A stretch of DNA of 61,353 bases, the filler included. It is 5 parts of 5 records of this genome, joined end to end, with 100 filler letters (N's around TTAATTAATTAA, not from the genome) between each part and the next. Parts side by side here need not be neighbours in the genome. Positions count along the whole stretch, not along the records: positions 13,296 to 31,718 come from SRR20825010_5450; 4 more parts are not named here. One strand, given 5' to 3'. The notes beneath the pieces were generated by a model. The model saw nothing but the letters and a program-made list of their open reading frames with translations, ran no database searches and was not told the DNA's origin. Position 1 is the first letter of the stretch; every line of letters starts with the position of its first letter. Shown piece by piece: positions 19,014 through 27,386 of this stretch. The position numbers and the translations under genes are program-made.

Positions 19014-19619
19014 ATGGCTGGGTTCAAGGTAGAGAACGGTGTGATTGCGCCCATGTTGGCGGAAAATATCGATACCGATGTCATCATGCCCAAGCAGTTC
19101 CTCAAGGGTATTGACCGCAAAGGTCTGGACCAGGGTATCTTTTTTGATCAACGATTTCTGGCCGGAGGCGTCCCAAACCCTGAATTTGTTCTCAACCGAA
19201 CAGAATGGACTGCCGCGAAGTTTTTGGCTGTTGGGCCTAATTTTGGCTGTGGCTCTAGCCGTGAACATGCTGTCTGGGGCCTTAAGCAACTTGGTGTCCG
19301 TGCGCTGATAGGCACCAGTTTTGCCGGTATTTTTTTTGATAACAGCCAACGTAACGGTCTGTTGCTCATCGAACTGCCGGTTGCTGATTTTGAACGTGTT
19401 GCCGCCGTGGCCAACGAGGGGGAGCAGGAAATTGCGATAGACCTTCCCAAGCAGACTATCCGTCTTGCAGCCGGCGAAGAGGTGTCATTTGAGATTGAAA
19501 CGCTTCGAAAACAAGCGCTGCTTCAGGGCGGAGACGCTATCGCCCATACATTGCGCCTAACCCCTCATATCCGGACTTTTGAGGCGCGGCATTTTCGAGA
19601 AAACCCTTGGCTTTCGTGA
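19014..19619 (+). CDS. LeuD-family hydro-lyase small subunit
   Basis: NIDTDVIMPKQFLK, NFGCGSSREHAVW, SFAGIFFDN; starts 2 bp after the large-subunit stop. Confidence 0.9.
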   Translation: MAGFKVENGVIAPMLAENIDTDVIMPKQFLKGIDRKGLDQGIFFDQRFLAGGVPNPEFVLNRTEWTAAKFLAVGPNFGCGSSREHAVWGLKQLGVRALIGTSFAGIFFDNSQRNGLLLIELPVADFERVAAVANEGEQEIAIDLPKQTIRLAAGEEVSFEIETLRKQALLQGGDAIAHTLRLTPHIRTFEARHFRENPWLS

Positions 19620-19649
19620 GCAGTTTTCATGCTGGACGCTTGGTTCAGT

Positions 19650-20579
19650 TCAGGTTGGGTTCTTGGTGCGCCATGGCACCGGCGTAAGCGCCGCTTTCAT
19701 CAGACGCAGAAACTCACTGACACGCGCTGTTTTTTCTTCTCTGGCCCCCAAAAGGGCAACAATGTCGGCGGTTGGAAGTTGATAGTCCGGCAATATGCGA
19801 ACCAGTCTCTTTGACCTGAGATCATCGACCACGTCCCATTCGGATCGCAAGATTATGCCCAGCCCTTCTTCCGCCCAAAGGCGGGTCGATTCTCCATCAT
19901 TACTCGAAAACTGTGATGCAAGCCGCACTTGCTGGTGCGCGCCGGATACATCAGCAAACGAGACAAGGGTAACGTCCTCGTCATTCTGGCGCAAAGCGAT
20001 GAAATCGTGGTTCACCAGGTCTTCGGGCGATGCAGGTGTTCCTCTTTCATTGATATAGGCGGGTGCGGCGCATAGGTATCGCTCGTTCGGTGCCAGGCGA
20101 TGCATAATGCGTGAAGAATCTTTCAGTTCGCCAATGTGAATGGCGATATCCCATGTGTCCTCCATGGCCTGAGCGGGGCGCTCAGTGAGTGTGAGGCTTA
20201 TTTTGACGTGCGGGTTATTTCGCCGGAAAGAAGCGGCGAGCGGCGCCACATATCGCCTACCAAACCCAAGTGGCGCGATAATTCTCAAGTGCCCACCAAC
20301 TTCTTCACGGCGGGCGCTCAGCGTTTCGGATATATCGTCCAGTTCCGCCACTAGCCGCTGTGCGCGCTCAAGCAAAAAAGCCCCTTCGTCTGTTAGCCTC
20401 AGGCCGCGGGTGGTTCGGTCTATCAGGCGAAGTTGCAGCCGTTTTTCCAGTGAACGCAAGCGCTGCGTCACAGCGGAGGGGGTGACATCGAGCGCTCTGG
20501 CAACAGCTGCAAGTGACTGCGCAGACGACACCGCCACAAAAAACCGCATATCCTCAAGGGACAATGTGTTGCCAGCCAT
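19650..20579 (-). CDS. LysR-family regulator (CrgA-like effector domain)
   Basis: SLAAVARALDVTPSAVTQRLRSLEKRL..RLIDRTTR..LTDEG. Confidence 0.92.
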   Translation of the reverse strand: MAGNTLSLEDMRFFVAVSSAQSLAAVARALDVTPSAVTQRLRSLEKRLQLRLIDRTTRGLRLTDEGAFLLERAQRLVAELDDISETLSARREEVGGHLRIIAPLGFGRRYVAPLAASFRRNNPHVKISLTLTERPAQAMEDTWDIAIHIGELKDSSRIMHRLAPNERYLCAAPAYINERGTPASPEDLVNHDFIALRQNDEDVTLVSFADVSGAHQQVRLASQFSSNDGESTRLWAEEGLGIILRSEWDVVDDLRSKRLVRILPDYQLPTADIVALLGAREEKTARVSEFLRLMKAALTPVPWRTKNPT

Positions 20580-20619
20580 AAGATCTCCTGTGTTACCCAC
20601 ATTGTAGCATGATCAGCCT

Positions 20620-22194
20620 TCAGAAGACGCCTAGTCTGATAATCAGCAACAAAGCTGTCGTTATCAGCACAACGCCGATGAGATTTAGGGCAAAACCCGC
20701 ACGTGTCATCTCTGAAACGCTAACCCATCCGCTGCCATATACAATGGTGTTTGGGGGCGTGGCCACCGGCAGCATGAATGCAAACGAAGCAGACAGGGTG
20801 GCGGGTACCATCAGGAAGAGCGGATCAAAACCGCTGGCGACAGCGACCGCACCGATAATGGGCAATATCATGGTTAGCGTTGCGGTATTGGATGTCAGTT
20901 CTGTCAGGAAGGTGATGAAAAGGCATGTCAGCAGAATGGCGCCTGCGACCGGCAGGACACCGAGGCTGTTAAGGTGAATGCCGATCCATTTATCAAGCCC
21001 GGTTTCTGCAAAACCAGCAGCGAGCGAAAACCCGCCGCCAAAAAGCAGCAGGATACCCCATGGTACGCGGTCCTGAACGGTTTGCCAGTCCAGTAGAAAA
21101 TACTCCCGGCGGTCCCCCAACTGAATACCCTTCTTAAGGCTGACAGGTAGCAACATAAGAAGTATTCCCATCGCCATGGCTACAGTTGCATCCTGAATAT
21201 GGCCGGGCTGCGGGAAGGCTTCGGCCCAGCCTGGTATGGTGAAGGCGCCGAGGTCAATTGGTGAACGGAATGTCCAGAGAAGGGCGGTGCCCGCAAAGAT
21301 GCTGCCGATGATTTTTTCTGGGCGGGAGAGCTTGCCCATGGCGGTCAGTTCTTCAGACATCACCGACGATATAGTGGTGTGCATCTGTATTCTGCCAACA
21401 GAAACTGGCGCGGCAAACCGGCAGAGATAAAGCCAGACAAGAGGCAGGAAAATGCATACAAGCGGCACCGCGAACAGCATCCAGCGGAAGAAGGAAACCG
21501 GCTCGCGCTCAGGATATAGGTTGCTGAAAAAGCCGGAGAAAACAATGTTTGCCGGTGTGCCAATCAAAGTGCCCACCCCGCCAATGCTTGCGGCGTAGGC
21601 CAGGCCCAGCATAAGCGTAAGGCCGAGGCTTTTCTGGACCTCGGCGTCGGTGTTGTCGCTTTTTTTACCGTCAATGGAGGCGCCAACGGACACCTGCCGC
21701 ACCACAGCCATCGCGACGGGAAGCATCATCATGGTCGTTGCTGTATTCGATATCCACATGGACAGGAAAGCCGACGCAACCATAAAGCTGAGCACGATCT
21801 TTTGTGGATTGGTGCCAATCGCGGAAATGCACCATACGGCCAAACGTTTGTGAAAGTTCCATTTCTCCATAGAGAGGGCAATCATGAAACCGCCAAGAAA
21901 CAGAAACACAAGATGGTTGGTATAATTGGGGGCAACCTGTTGGCTGGACATGATGCCAAGTGCCGGAAAGAGGATCAGGGGCAGGAGCGCGGTGACAGAA
22001 ATGGATATGCCGCCACCCATCCACCAGAAAGCCATCAGGGCAACAGTGGCCAGCAGCTTTTGAGCTGGCACAGTCATGCCGTCGGGCTGTGGCATCAATA
22101 GAATGGCGCAAAACAAAACAGCGCCCAGGATCAGGACTGTCAGTTGTCGCGTGAAATCTTTTCGGGCTTTTAGGGCGGCTTGAGCCTTATCCAT
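20620..22194 (-). CDS. DASS/SLC13 Na+:di/tricarboxylate symporter
   Basis: Both carboxylate-binding SNT motifs (SMWISNTAT, TELTSNTAT); GTLIGTPAN, AFMLPVATPPN. Confidence 0.92.
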   Translation of the reverse strand: MDKAQAALKARKDFTRQLTVLILGAVLFCAILLMPQPDGMTVPAQKLLATVALMAFWWMGGGISISVTALLPLILFPALGIMSSQQVAPNYTNHLVFLFLGGFMIALSMEKWNFHKRLAVWCISAIGTNPQKIVLSFMVASAFLSMWISNTATTMMMLPVAMAVVRQVSVGASIDGKKSDNTDAEVQKSLGLTLMLGLAYAASIGGVGTLIGTPANIVFSGFFSNLYPEREPVSFFRWMLFAVPLVCIFLPLVWLYLCRFAAPVSVGRIQMHTTISSVMSEELTAMGKLSRPEKIIGSIFAGTALLWTFRSPIDLGAFTIPGWAEAFPQPGHIQDATVAMAMGILLMLLPVSLKKGIQLGDRREYFLLDWQTVQDRVPWGILLLFGGGFSLAAGFAETGLDKWIGIHLNSLGVLPVAGAILLTCLFITFLTELTSNTATLTMILPIIGAVAVASGFDPLFLMVPATLSASFAFMLPVATPPNTIVYGSGWVSVSEMTRAGFALNLIGVVLITTALLLIIRLGVF

Positions 22195-22245
22195 GATGCG
22201 GTCCGTTGATGCGTTTGAACTGGTGGTGATGGATGGCGCGCACCG

Positions 22246-23580
22246 CTAGTGCCCTTCGGTCTCATTGATCAGCCGGTATAGCAGGAGGGCGGCGCGTTTG
22301 GTGGCCAGTGGAAGTGACGTGAGGTCAAGCTGTTCCTGTGGCGAGTGCGCGCCAGCGCCGTAGCCGCCCAGCCCGGCAAGGGCATCTGTATGAGGGGCGA
22401 CAAATGAGATATCCGCCGCGCCGCGCCTCAACGGGTCAAGTTTATGCATCTTACCCTCGCCAAGTGCCTCGTTGATGTCGGATAGCTTTTGATAAAGTTT
22501 CATGTTGCCCTTGGTTGGGGCCATGGCCGGATAGCCTTCTGTGAAGGTGATGGTAGCGTCTGTTTTGGGCAGGTGACGGGCGACAATCGCGCGCATTGCT
22601 GCTTTGGTGCTTGATGTTTGCTCCTCCGAGACGGTGCGCATTTCTCCGCGTGCCACTACCTTCCGGGCAATGACATTTGCTTTACCAAATACTGTGCCGC
22701 TGACGTTTTCGCTCGCGCAGGCCTGGCTTGCTTCCGTGCCGCCAGCCAAAGTGCCCACATTGAAGGTGAGATATTTTTCCTTGTGCAATGTGGTGTAAAA
22801 TTCGCTCAGAATGCGGGTGGCTTCAAAAACCGCGCCGGCACCGTGTTTCTCGCTAAAAATAAGGAATGAATGCGCCTGTTCGCCAGTGACTTCAAGGCAC
22901 CAGGCTGTATATCCGCGGCGTGAAACGGTCGCCCAGTCACCTGCCTCATCACGAATGCCATGCTCGAAACCGAGCGCCACATCTGCCCATAAACCGGCCT
23001 CAATCAACCCTTGTCGCGTTGTGGCCAAGGGGGTGCCTGGCGCTTCCTCGTCCCCCGAAAACACAATCTTTATGCGGGCGGTATCTAACGCACCGACGGC
23101 AAAAAGAGCTTTGAGGGCTTGCACGATGATGACGTTTCCCGACTTCATATCAAGCACGCCGGGCCCGACGGCACGGTTGCCGTCACGCACATAGGTCTGG
23201 AAGGCATCGCCGGGTTCAAAAACCGTGTCCAGATGGCCAATAAGCAGGATCTTCCTGCCGGTTGTTCCCTCGTGGTTGGCGTAGAGGTGACCAGCTCTTT
23301 GCATGGCTGGTGGCAGCTCTGCCCAGTTGAGCGCAAACCCAAGCGGGGATAGCTCACCGGCCAGATGGTCCGCTGCTGCTTTTACACCGGCCGGGTTCAT
23401 GGTGCCGCTGTTGATGTTTACCAAGTTTTCAAGCAAGGCCAGCCCTTCGTCACTATGCTGGTCGATCCATTCAATGATCCGGCGTTCGTTTTTGGAGAAT
23501 GCCGATTGGGCGTGTGCAGCCGGGTTTGCGGCAACACTCATCGACATGATCAGAAATAGCATTAAAACGAGTTTGGACAT
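22246..23580 (-). CDS. Exported M20 metallo-amidohydrolase (carboxypeptidase G2-like)
   Basis: Signal peptide ending AHA; NINSGT, GHLDTVF, GPGVLDMKSG, GDEE, GAHSPQE. Confidence 0.88.
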   Translation of the reverse strand: MSKLVLMLFLIMSMSVAANPAAHAQSAFSKNERRIIEWIDQHSDEGLALLENLVNINSGTMNPAGVKAAADHLAGELSPLGFALNWAELPPAMQRAGHLYANHEGTTGRKILLIGHLDTVFEPGDAFQTYVRDGNRAVGPGVLDMKSGNVIIVQALKALFAVGALDTARIKIVFSGDEEAPGTPLATTRQGLIEAGLWADVALGFEHGIRDEAGDWATVSRRGYTAWCLEVTGEQAHSFLIFSEKHGAGAVFEATRILSEFYTTLHKEKYLTFNVGTLAGGTEASQACASENVSGTVFGKANVIARKVVARGEMRTVSEEQTSSTKAAMRAIVARHLPKTDATITFTEGYPAMAPTKGNMKLYQKLSDINEALGEGKMHKLDPLRRGAADISFVAPHTDALAGLGGYGAGAHSPQEQLDLTSLPLATKRAALLLYRLINETEGH

Positions 23581-23673
23581 ATGAAGCTCCACCAAGTGAC
23601 CCTCCAGGCATGGAAGGCTAAATGTGAAGCCTATTGGTGGCTCAATTGGTAAATCAATGTCTCGTTTGTGATA

Positions 23674-23700
23674 CAATCATGCACGTTTTGTGTATAATTG
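23674..23700. promoter_or_regulatory. Imperfect palindrome, probable LysR operator of the M20-DASS operon
   Basis: CAATCATGCAC-gtttt-GTGTATAATTG (9 of 11 arm positions complementary). Confidence 0.5.
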
Positions 23701-23707
23701 TGCGCCG

Positions 23708-24619
23708 CTATCCGATATGGGCGGCGCGAAAGTGATTTTCCAGAAATTCGAGGCAGACTTTCAGTTTGGCTGAAAGAGACCGCCGCGTTGGATAAACGCC
23801 CCACACAGGCGCATTCTGTACATAGTCAGGTAATACGTGCACAAGGTCGCCCTCATCCAGCGCTTTCTGAATATCCCACTGGGATCGCAGCATGATGCCG
23901 TGCCCGTCCAGTGCCCAACCCGTAACAATCTCACCAAAATTGGAAGACATGGTGCCGTTTACCTTTACGCTTTGGGTTTTGCCCTTTGAAGTAAGATGCC
24001 AGGCGTCAAAGGGATCGCTCCGCTCCTTGATCAATAAGCAGTTATGCGTCCGCAGGTCAGAGAGAACCTCAGGTGTACCTCTTTCTGCAAGGTAAGCAGG
24101 GGATGCGCATAATATGCGGTGATTGTCCAACAGCTTGGTCGAGATATATTGCTCAGGCAGATCGTCCCCAATGCGGATTTCCAGATCAAACTCATCGCGG
24201 ATGATGTCAACAGGCCGGTCAAAAAGCTCAAGGTGAAATTCCATCTGTGGATAGCTCTGTGCCATCCGTGAAACCGCTGGGGCAACGTGAATTCTGCCAA
24301 AGCCGAAGGTGCTGCATATCCTGATCAGGCCTTTCGGCGAAGTTTTTGCCTGCGATAGCTCGCTCACCATGTCGTGCAGGTCTCCCAGTATCAGGGCGGC
24401 TCTGTGCTGCATCTTTTCACCTTCATCGGTGAGGGCAATTTGGCGGGTAGACCGGTGCAAGAGCTTGGCTTTTACAGTTTGTTCCAGCACTTTGATGCGT
24501 TTGCTCACATAGGCGGGGGACTGTCCAAGTTCAGCCGCCGCCTCCACAAAGCTGTGTTTGCGTAAAACTGTCAGGAAAACTCTCAGGTCTTCCGGGTAAG
24601 GTAATTGTTCACGTTTCAT
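23708..24619 (-). CDS. LysR-family regulator, DmlR/TtdR-like
   Basis: LPYPEDLRVFLTV...ELGQSPAYVSKRIKVLEQ, RICSTFGFGRIHVAPA, WGVYPTRRSLSAKLKVC resemble D-malate/tartrate-responsive LysRs. Confidence 0.85.
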   Translation of the reverse strand: MKREQLPYPEDLRVFLTVLRKHSFVEAAAELGQSPAYVSKRIKVLEQTVKAKLLHRSTRQIALTDEGEKMQHRAALILGDLHDMVSELSQAKTSPKGLIRICSTFGFGRIHVAPAVSRMAQSYPQMEFHLELFDRPVDIIRDEFDLEIRIGDDLPEQYISTKLLDNHRILCASPAYLAERGTPEVLSDLRTHNCLLIKERSDPFDAWHLTSKGKTQSVKVNGTMSSNFGEIVTGWALDGHGIMLRSQWDIQKALDEGDLVHVLPDYVQNAPVWGVYPTRRSLSAKLKVCLEFLENHFRAAHIG

Positions 24620-24745
24620 AAATTAAAAGACCACGGTATGCGGGTTTTATTTGCAATTGGGAAACTATAGCATGTTGAAGTGCGGCCTCAAGCCAGAAGA
24701 GGTATGATGCCGAAGGATAGGCTGCAGACGCTTTCAGGAGCCCCA

Positions 24746-25627
24746 ATGTTCACGAAATTCAAGAGCCGGTATTATGAGGTCAACGACATCAAAATTCATT
24801 GCCGGATCGGCGGCAGTGGCCCGGCACTGGTGTTGTTGCATGGGCATCCACAAACTCATTTCATCTGGCACAAGATAGCCGATACCTTGGCGCTTGATTA
24901 TACGGTTGTGGCACCTGATCTGCGTGGATATGGCGACAGTGATAAGCCGGACGCTTCTGGCGATGCGCATACCTATTCAAAGCGGACCATGGCACTGGAT
25001 GTGGTCAGCCTTATGCAAACGATTGGTTTTGAACAGTTTTGCGTGTTGGCGCATGATCGGGGTGCGCGGGTTGCCCACCGTCTGGCTGTTGACCATCCCA
25101 CGGCTGTGCAGAAGATGATACTCCTAGACATCGCGCCGACGCTTGCGATGTATGAGCAAACGAATGAAGATTTCGCCAGAGCATATTGGCACTGGTTTTT
25201 CCTCATCCGTCCCGCACCTCTGCCTGAAACCCTGATTGAGGCCGACCCTGAAGGGTATCTCCGGAGTGTGATGGGAACACGGAGCGCGGGTATGTCGCCG
25301 TTTACGGATAGTGCGTTTGCTGAATATCTGCGATGTCTGGCGCAGCCTGGCGCGGCGCGAGGGATTTGTGAAGACTACCGGGCCAGCGCAAGCATCGACC
25401 TTGACCATGAGCGGGCGGATATCGCTGCTTCCCGGCGGCTCACATGCCCCTTGCTTGTTTTGTGGGGTAGAGATGGTGCAGTTGGTCGCTATTTTAAGCC
25501 GTTGAAGGAATGGAAAAAAATAGCAACAGATGTTGAAGGAGAGGCTTTGCCCTCCGGGCACTATATCCCCGAAGAAGTGCCAGATCTTCTCCTTGAGAAG
25601 ATGCGTCATTTTATGGCGCGGGAATAG
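24746..25627 (+). CDS. Alpha/beta hydrolase of the fluoroacetate-dehalogenase / trans-epoxysuccinate-hydrolase clade (293 aa)
   Basis: HGHP(H34), HDRGAR (D104,R105,R108), D128, YWHW (Y147,H149,W150), EDY211R, GH272YIPEE; AGGAG RBS. Confidence 0.88.
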   Translation: MFTKFKSRYYEVNDIKIHCRIGGSGPALVLLHGHPQTHFIWHKIADTLALDYTVVAPDLRGYGDSDKPDASGDAHTYSKRTMALDVVSLMQTIGFEQFCVLAHDRGARVAHRLAVDHPTAVQKMILLDIAPTLAMYEQTNEDFARAYWHWFFLIRPAPLPETLIEADPEGYLRSVMGTRSAGMSPFTDSAFAEYLRCLAQPGAARGICEDYRASASIDLDHERADIAASRRLTCPLLVLWGRDGAVGRYFKPLKEWKKIATDVEGEALPSGHYIPEEVPDLLLEKMRHFMARE

Positions 25628-25823
25628 AATGATCGGTGCATTCAGCCCGCTATCTGCCGGGAGAAGAGCACCAGTCCGATATGCCCTGAAGTAGGGTGAT
25701 GCTTTCTGGTGTTTTCAGGTGATTGAGGCATCCGGAAACTGCGACGCAGCGTTTGGCGATTTCTCACCTACCCCTTAATGTGGCCGCATGAAGTCTGGGA
25801 CGGCAAGCAGAGGGTGTTTGCCT

Positions 25824-27386
25824 TTACCATTCCACAATCTTCATCTGGCGGTTAACTGCCATGGCATGCGTACGGATACCGGGCGAAACCATCACCGGCA
25901 CATCGGCCCATTCGAGGATCGGCATATCCGCGTGATGGTCGCTATAGAAGGAGATAAACACCTGCTCACGTGTACGTGCGTCACCTTTTAGAACCACATC
26001 GCGAAGGCGGAGATACTTGCCGCTACCGTAACAATTGTCGCCGGCAATCCGTACGGGGGTCGTATCCCCTTCGGTATAGGTGGTTTTTGTACACACAAGG
26101 TGATCGAACCCGAGGCCATCGGCCATATGCCTGGCGTAGAGGTCGATGCTGGCGGTCGCAAGCACCATGGTGTCGCCTTCCATCTTGTGCATGGCGAGCG
26201 CTAGCATGCAGCCATCTCGCAAGCCGTCCTCAAGTATACTTGTGGCAAACCTACGGGCTGCCGCTTCAATCTCAGAAGGTGTCATGCCCCGGAAGGTTAT
26301 CGCGAGCATGCGGTTTTTTAGTTCAAGCCTTGAAATACCCCCCGCTTTATAGAGCGCCATATGCCGCAACAATCGCAGCATCAAAAACATGCGAGCGATC
26401 ATGCCCTTACGGGTGGATAGTAGAAACGGCGTGAAGGTGCCGTACCGGGTAAGGGTGCGGTCAAGGTCGAAAACAGCGAAACTTTCGCGTGTTTTCTCAG
26501 CTCCTTTTCCAGGCTTTTGTGTTGTTCCCTGCCGTGCCTTTAGAATAGCTTCTGCCGCGATGAAGTCGTCAGGCTTGTCAACATCCATTGCGGCTTCAGC
26601 GTCCTGCAACAGGTGCTGTTTGATAGGACAGCCGATGATATGCGATGCTCGGGCGAAACCTTGCGACAGGCTAAAACGCCTGAGCGCCATCCCAAGCGTG
26701 GTACTCCACCCGAAAGCCCGCAAAATACGCCAGGGACGCTTGCGGTTGGCTTCAATTGCCTGCCAGAAGTCAAGTGCAGCGCCTGCGTTTTCTCCGCGCA
26801 GATAAAAGAGATTGGCCCCGGATACGGCGTCATCACCGAAGCGGTAATAGGTACGTCTGCTTTCAGGGTATTTTTCGTCAATGGTGGTTTTGCTGACCAG
26901 GCCTACTGAGAAGCCTTCATGCTGCGCGGCGCTTCCGATGAAAGTGCGCACTGTCTCTGGCTTCAACAGTGGATTGTCAGCCGTGGTAATCAACGCCGCA
27001 CCACCAGCCCTTGAAAAAGCTGCTTTTGCGCTGCCGCAGACACTGGTTTGTGCAGACACATGACAAAGCGGCACGCCCTCCGCCGCGGCTATGATATCGG
27101 CGTTGCCGGTCAGGTTATGCTCTGACGTGATCACGATTTCATTGATTAAGCCAGATCGGACAAGAGCCCGAACGACATGCGCGAGCATAGGTTTGCCTGC
27201 GATCATGGCCGCCGCTTTTCCGTGGCGTGTCTTTAACTGCTGAAGTGCGTCTGACTCCGGCCGTCGTCCGGCCAGGATAATTGCAGTACAGGCTTGGGGC
27301 GCAAAGGCGCACGGCTGGGTGACCATGCTCTCTAGCTCCAGGTCAGCGCTCGCAAGGTCGCTACTTAGCGTCATGCTGTCATGCAT
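25824..27386 (-). CDS. Fusion of MobA-like NTP transferase and HAD-IB phosphatase
   Basis: N-half IILAG, KAAAMIAGKPML, TTADNPLL, MDVDKPDD; C-half FDLDRTL, LATAS, GSGK, YSDHHADMPIL; GAGGAG RBS. Confidence 0.8.
   Translation of the reverse strand: MHDSMTLSSDLASADLELESMVTQPCAFAPQACTAIILAGRRPESDALQQLKTRHGKAAAMIAGKPMLAHVVRALVRSGLINEIVITSEHNLTGNADIIAAAEGVPLCHVSAQTSVCGSAKAAFSRAGGAALITTADNPLLKPETVRTFIGSAAQHEGFSVGLVSKTTIDEKYPESRRTYYRFGDDAVSGANLFYLRGENAGAALDFWQAIEANRKRPWRILRAFGWSTTLGMALRRFSLSQGFARASHIIGCPIKQHLLQDAEAAMDVDKPDDFIAAEAILKARQGTTQKPGKGAEKTRESFAVFDLDRTLTRYGTFTPFLLSTRKGMIARMFLMLRLLRHMALYKAGGISRLELKNRMLAITFRGMTPSEIEAAARRFATSILEDGLRDGCMLALAMHKMEGDTMVLATASIDLYARHMADGLGFDHLVCTKTTYTEGDTTPVRIAGDNCYGSGKYLRLRDVVLKGDARTREQVFISFYSDHHADMPILEWADVPVMVSPGIRTHAMAVNRQMKIVEW

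Noticed and set aside
17573-19619. Calling the pair the housekeeping leuC/leuD
   Set aside because: Altered substrate-pocket motifs, no leuB/leuA or Leu attenuator, catabolic context; gene symbols withheld.
24620-25823. Fluoride riboswitch or fluoride exporter next to the dehalogenase-like gene
   Set aside because: No crcB-motif pattern recognised in the flanks and no Fluc/CLC gene on the contig, so a dedicated defluorination locus is not supported.
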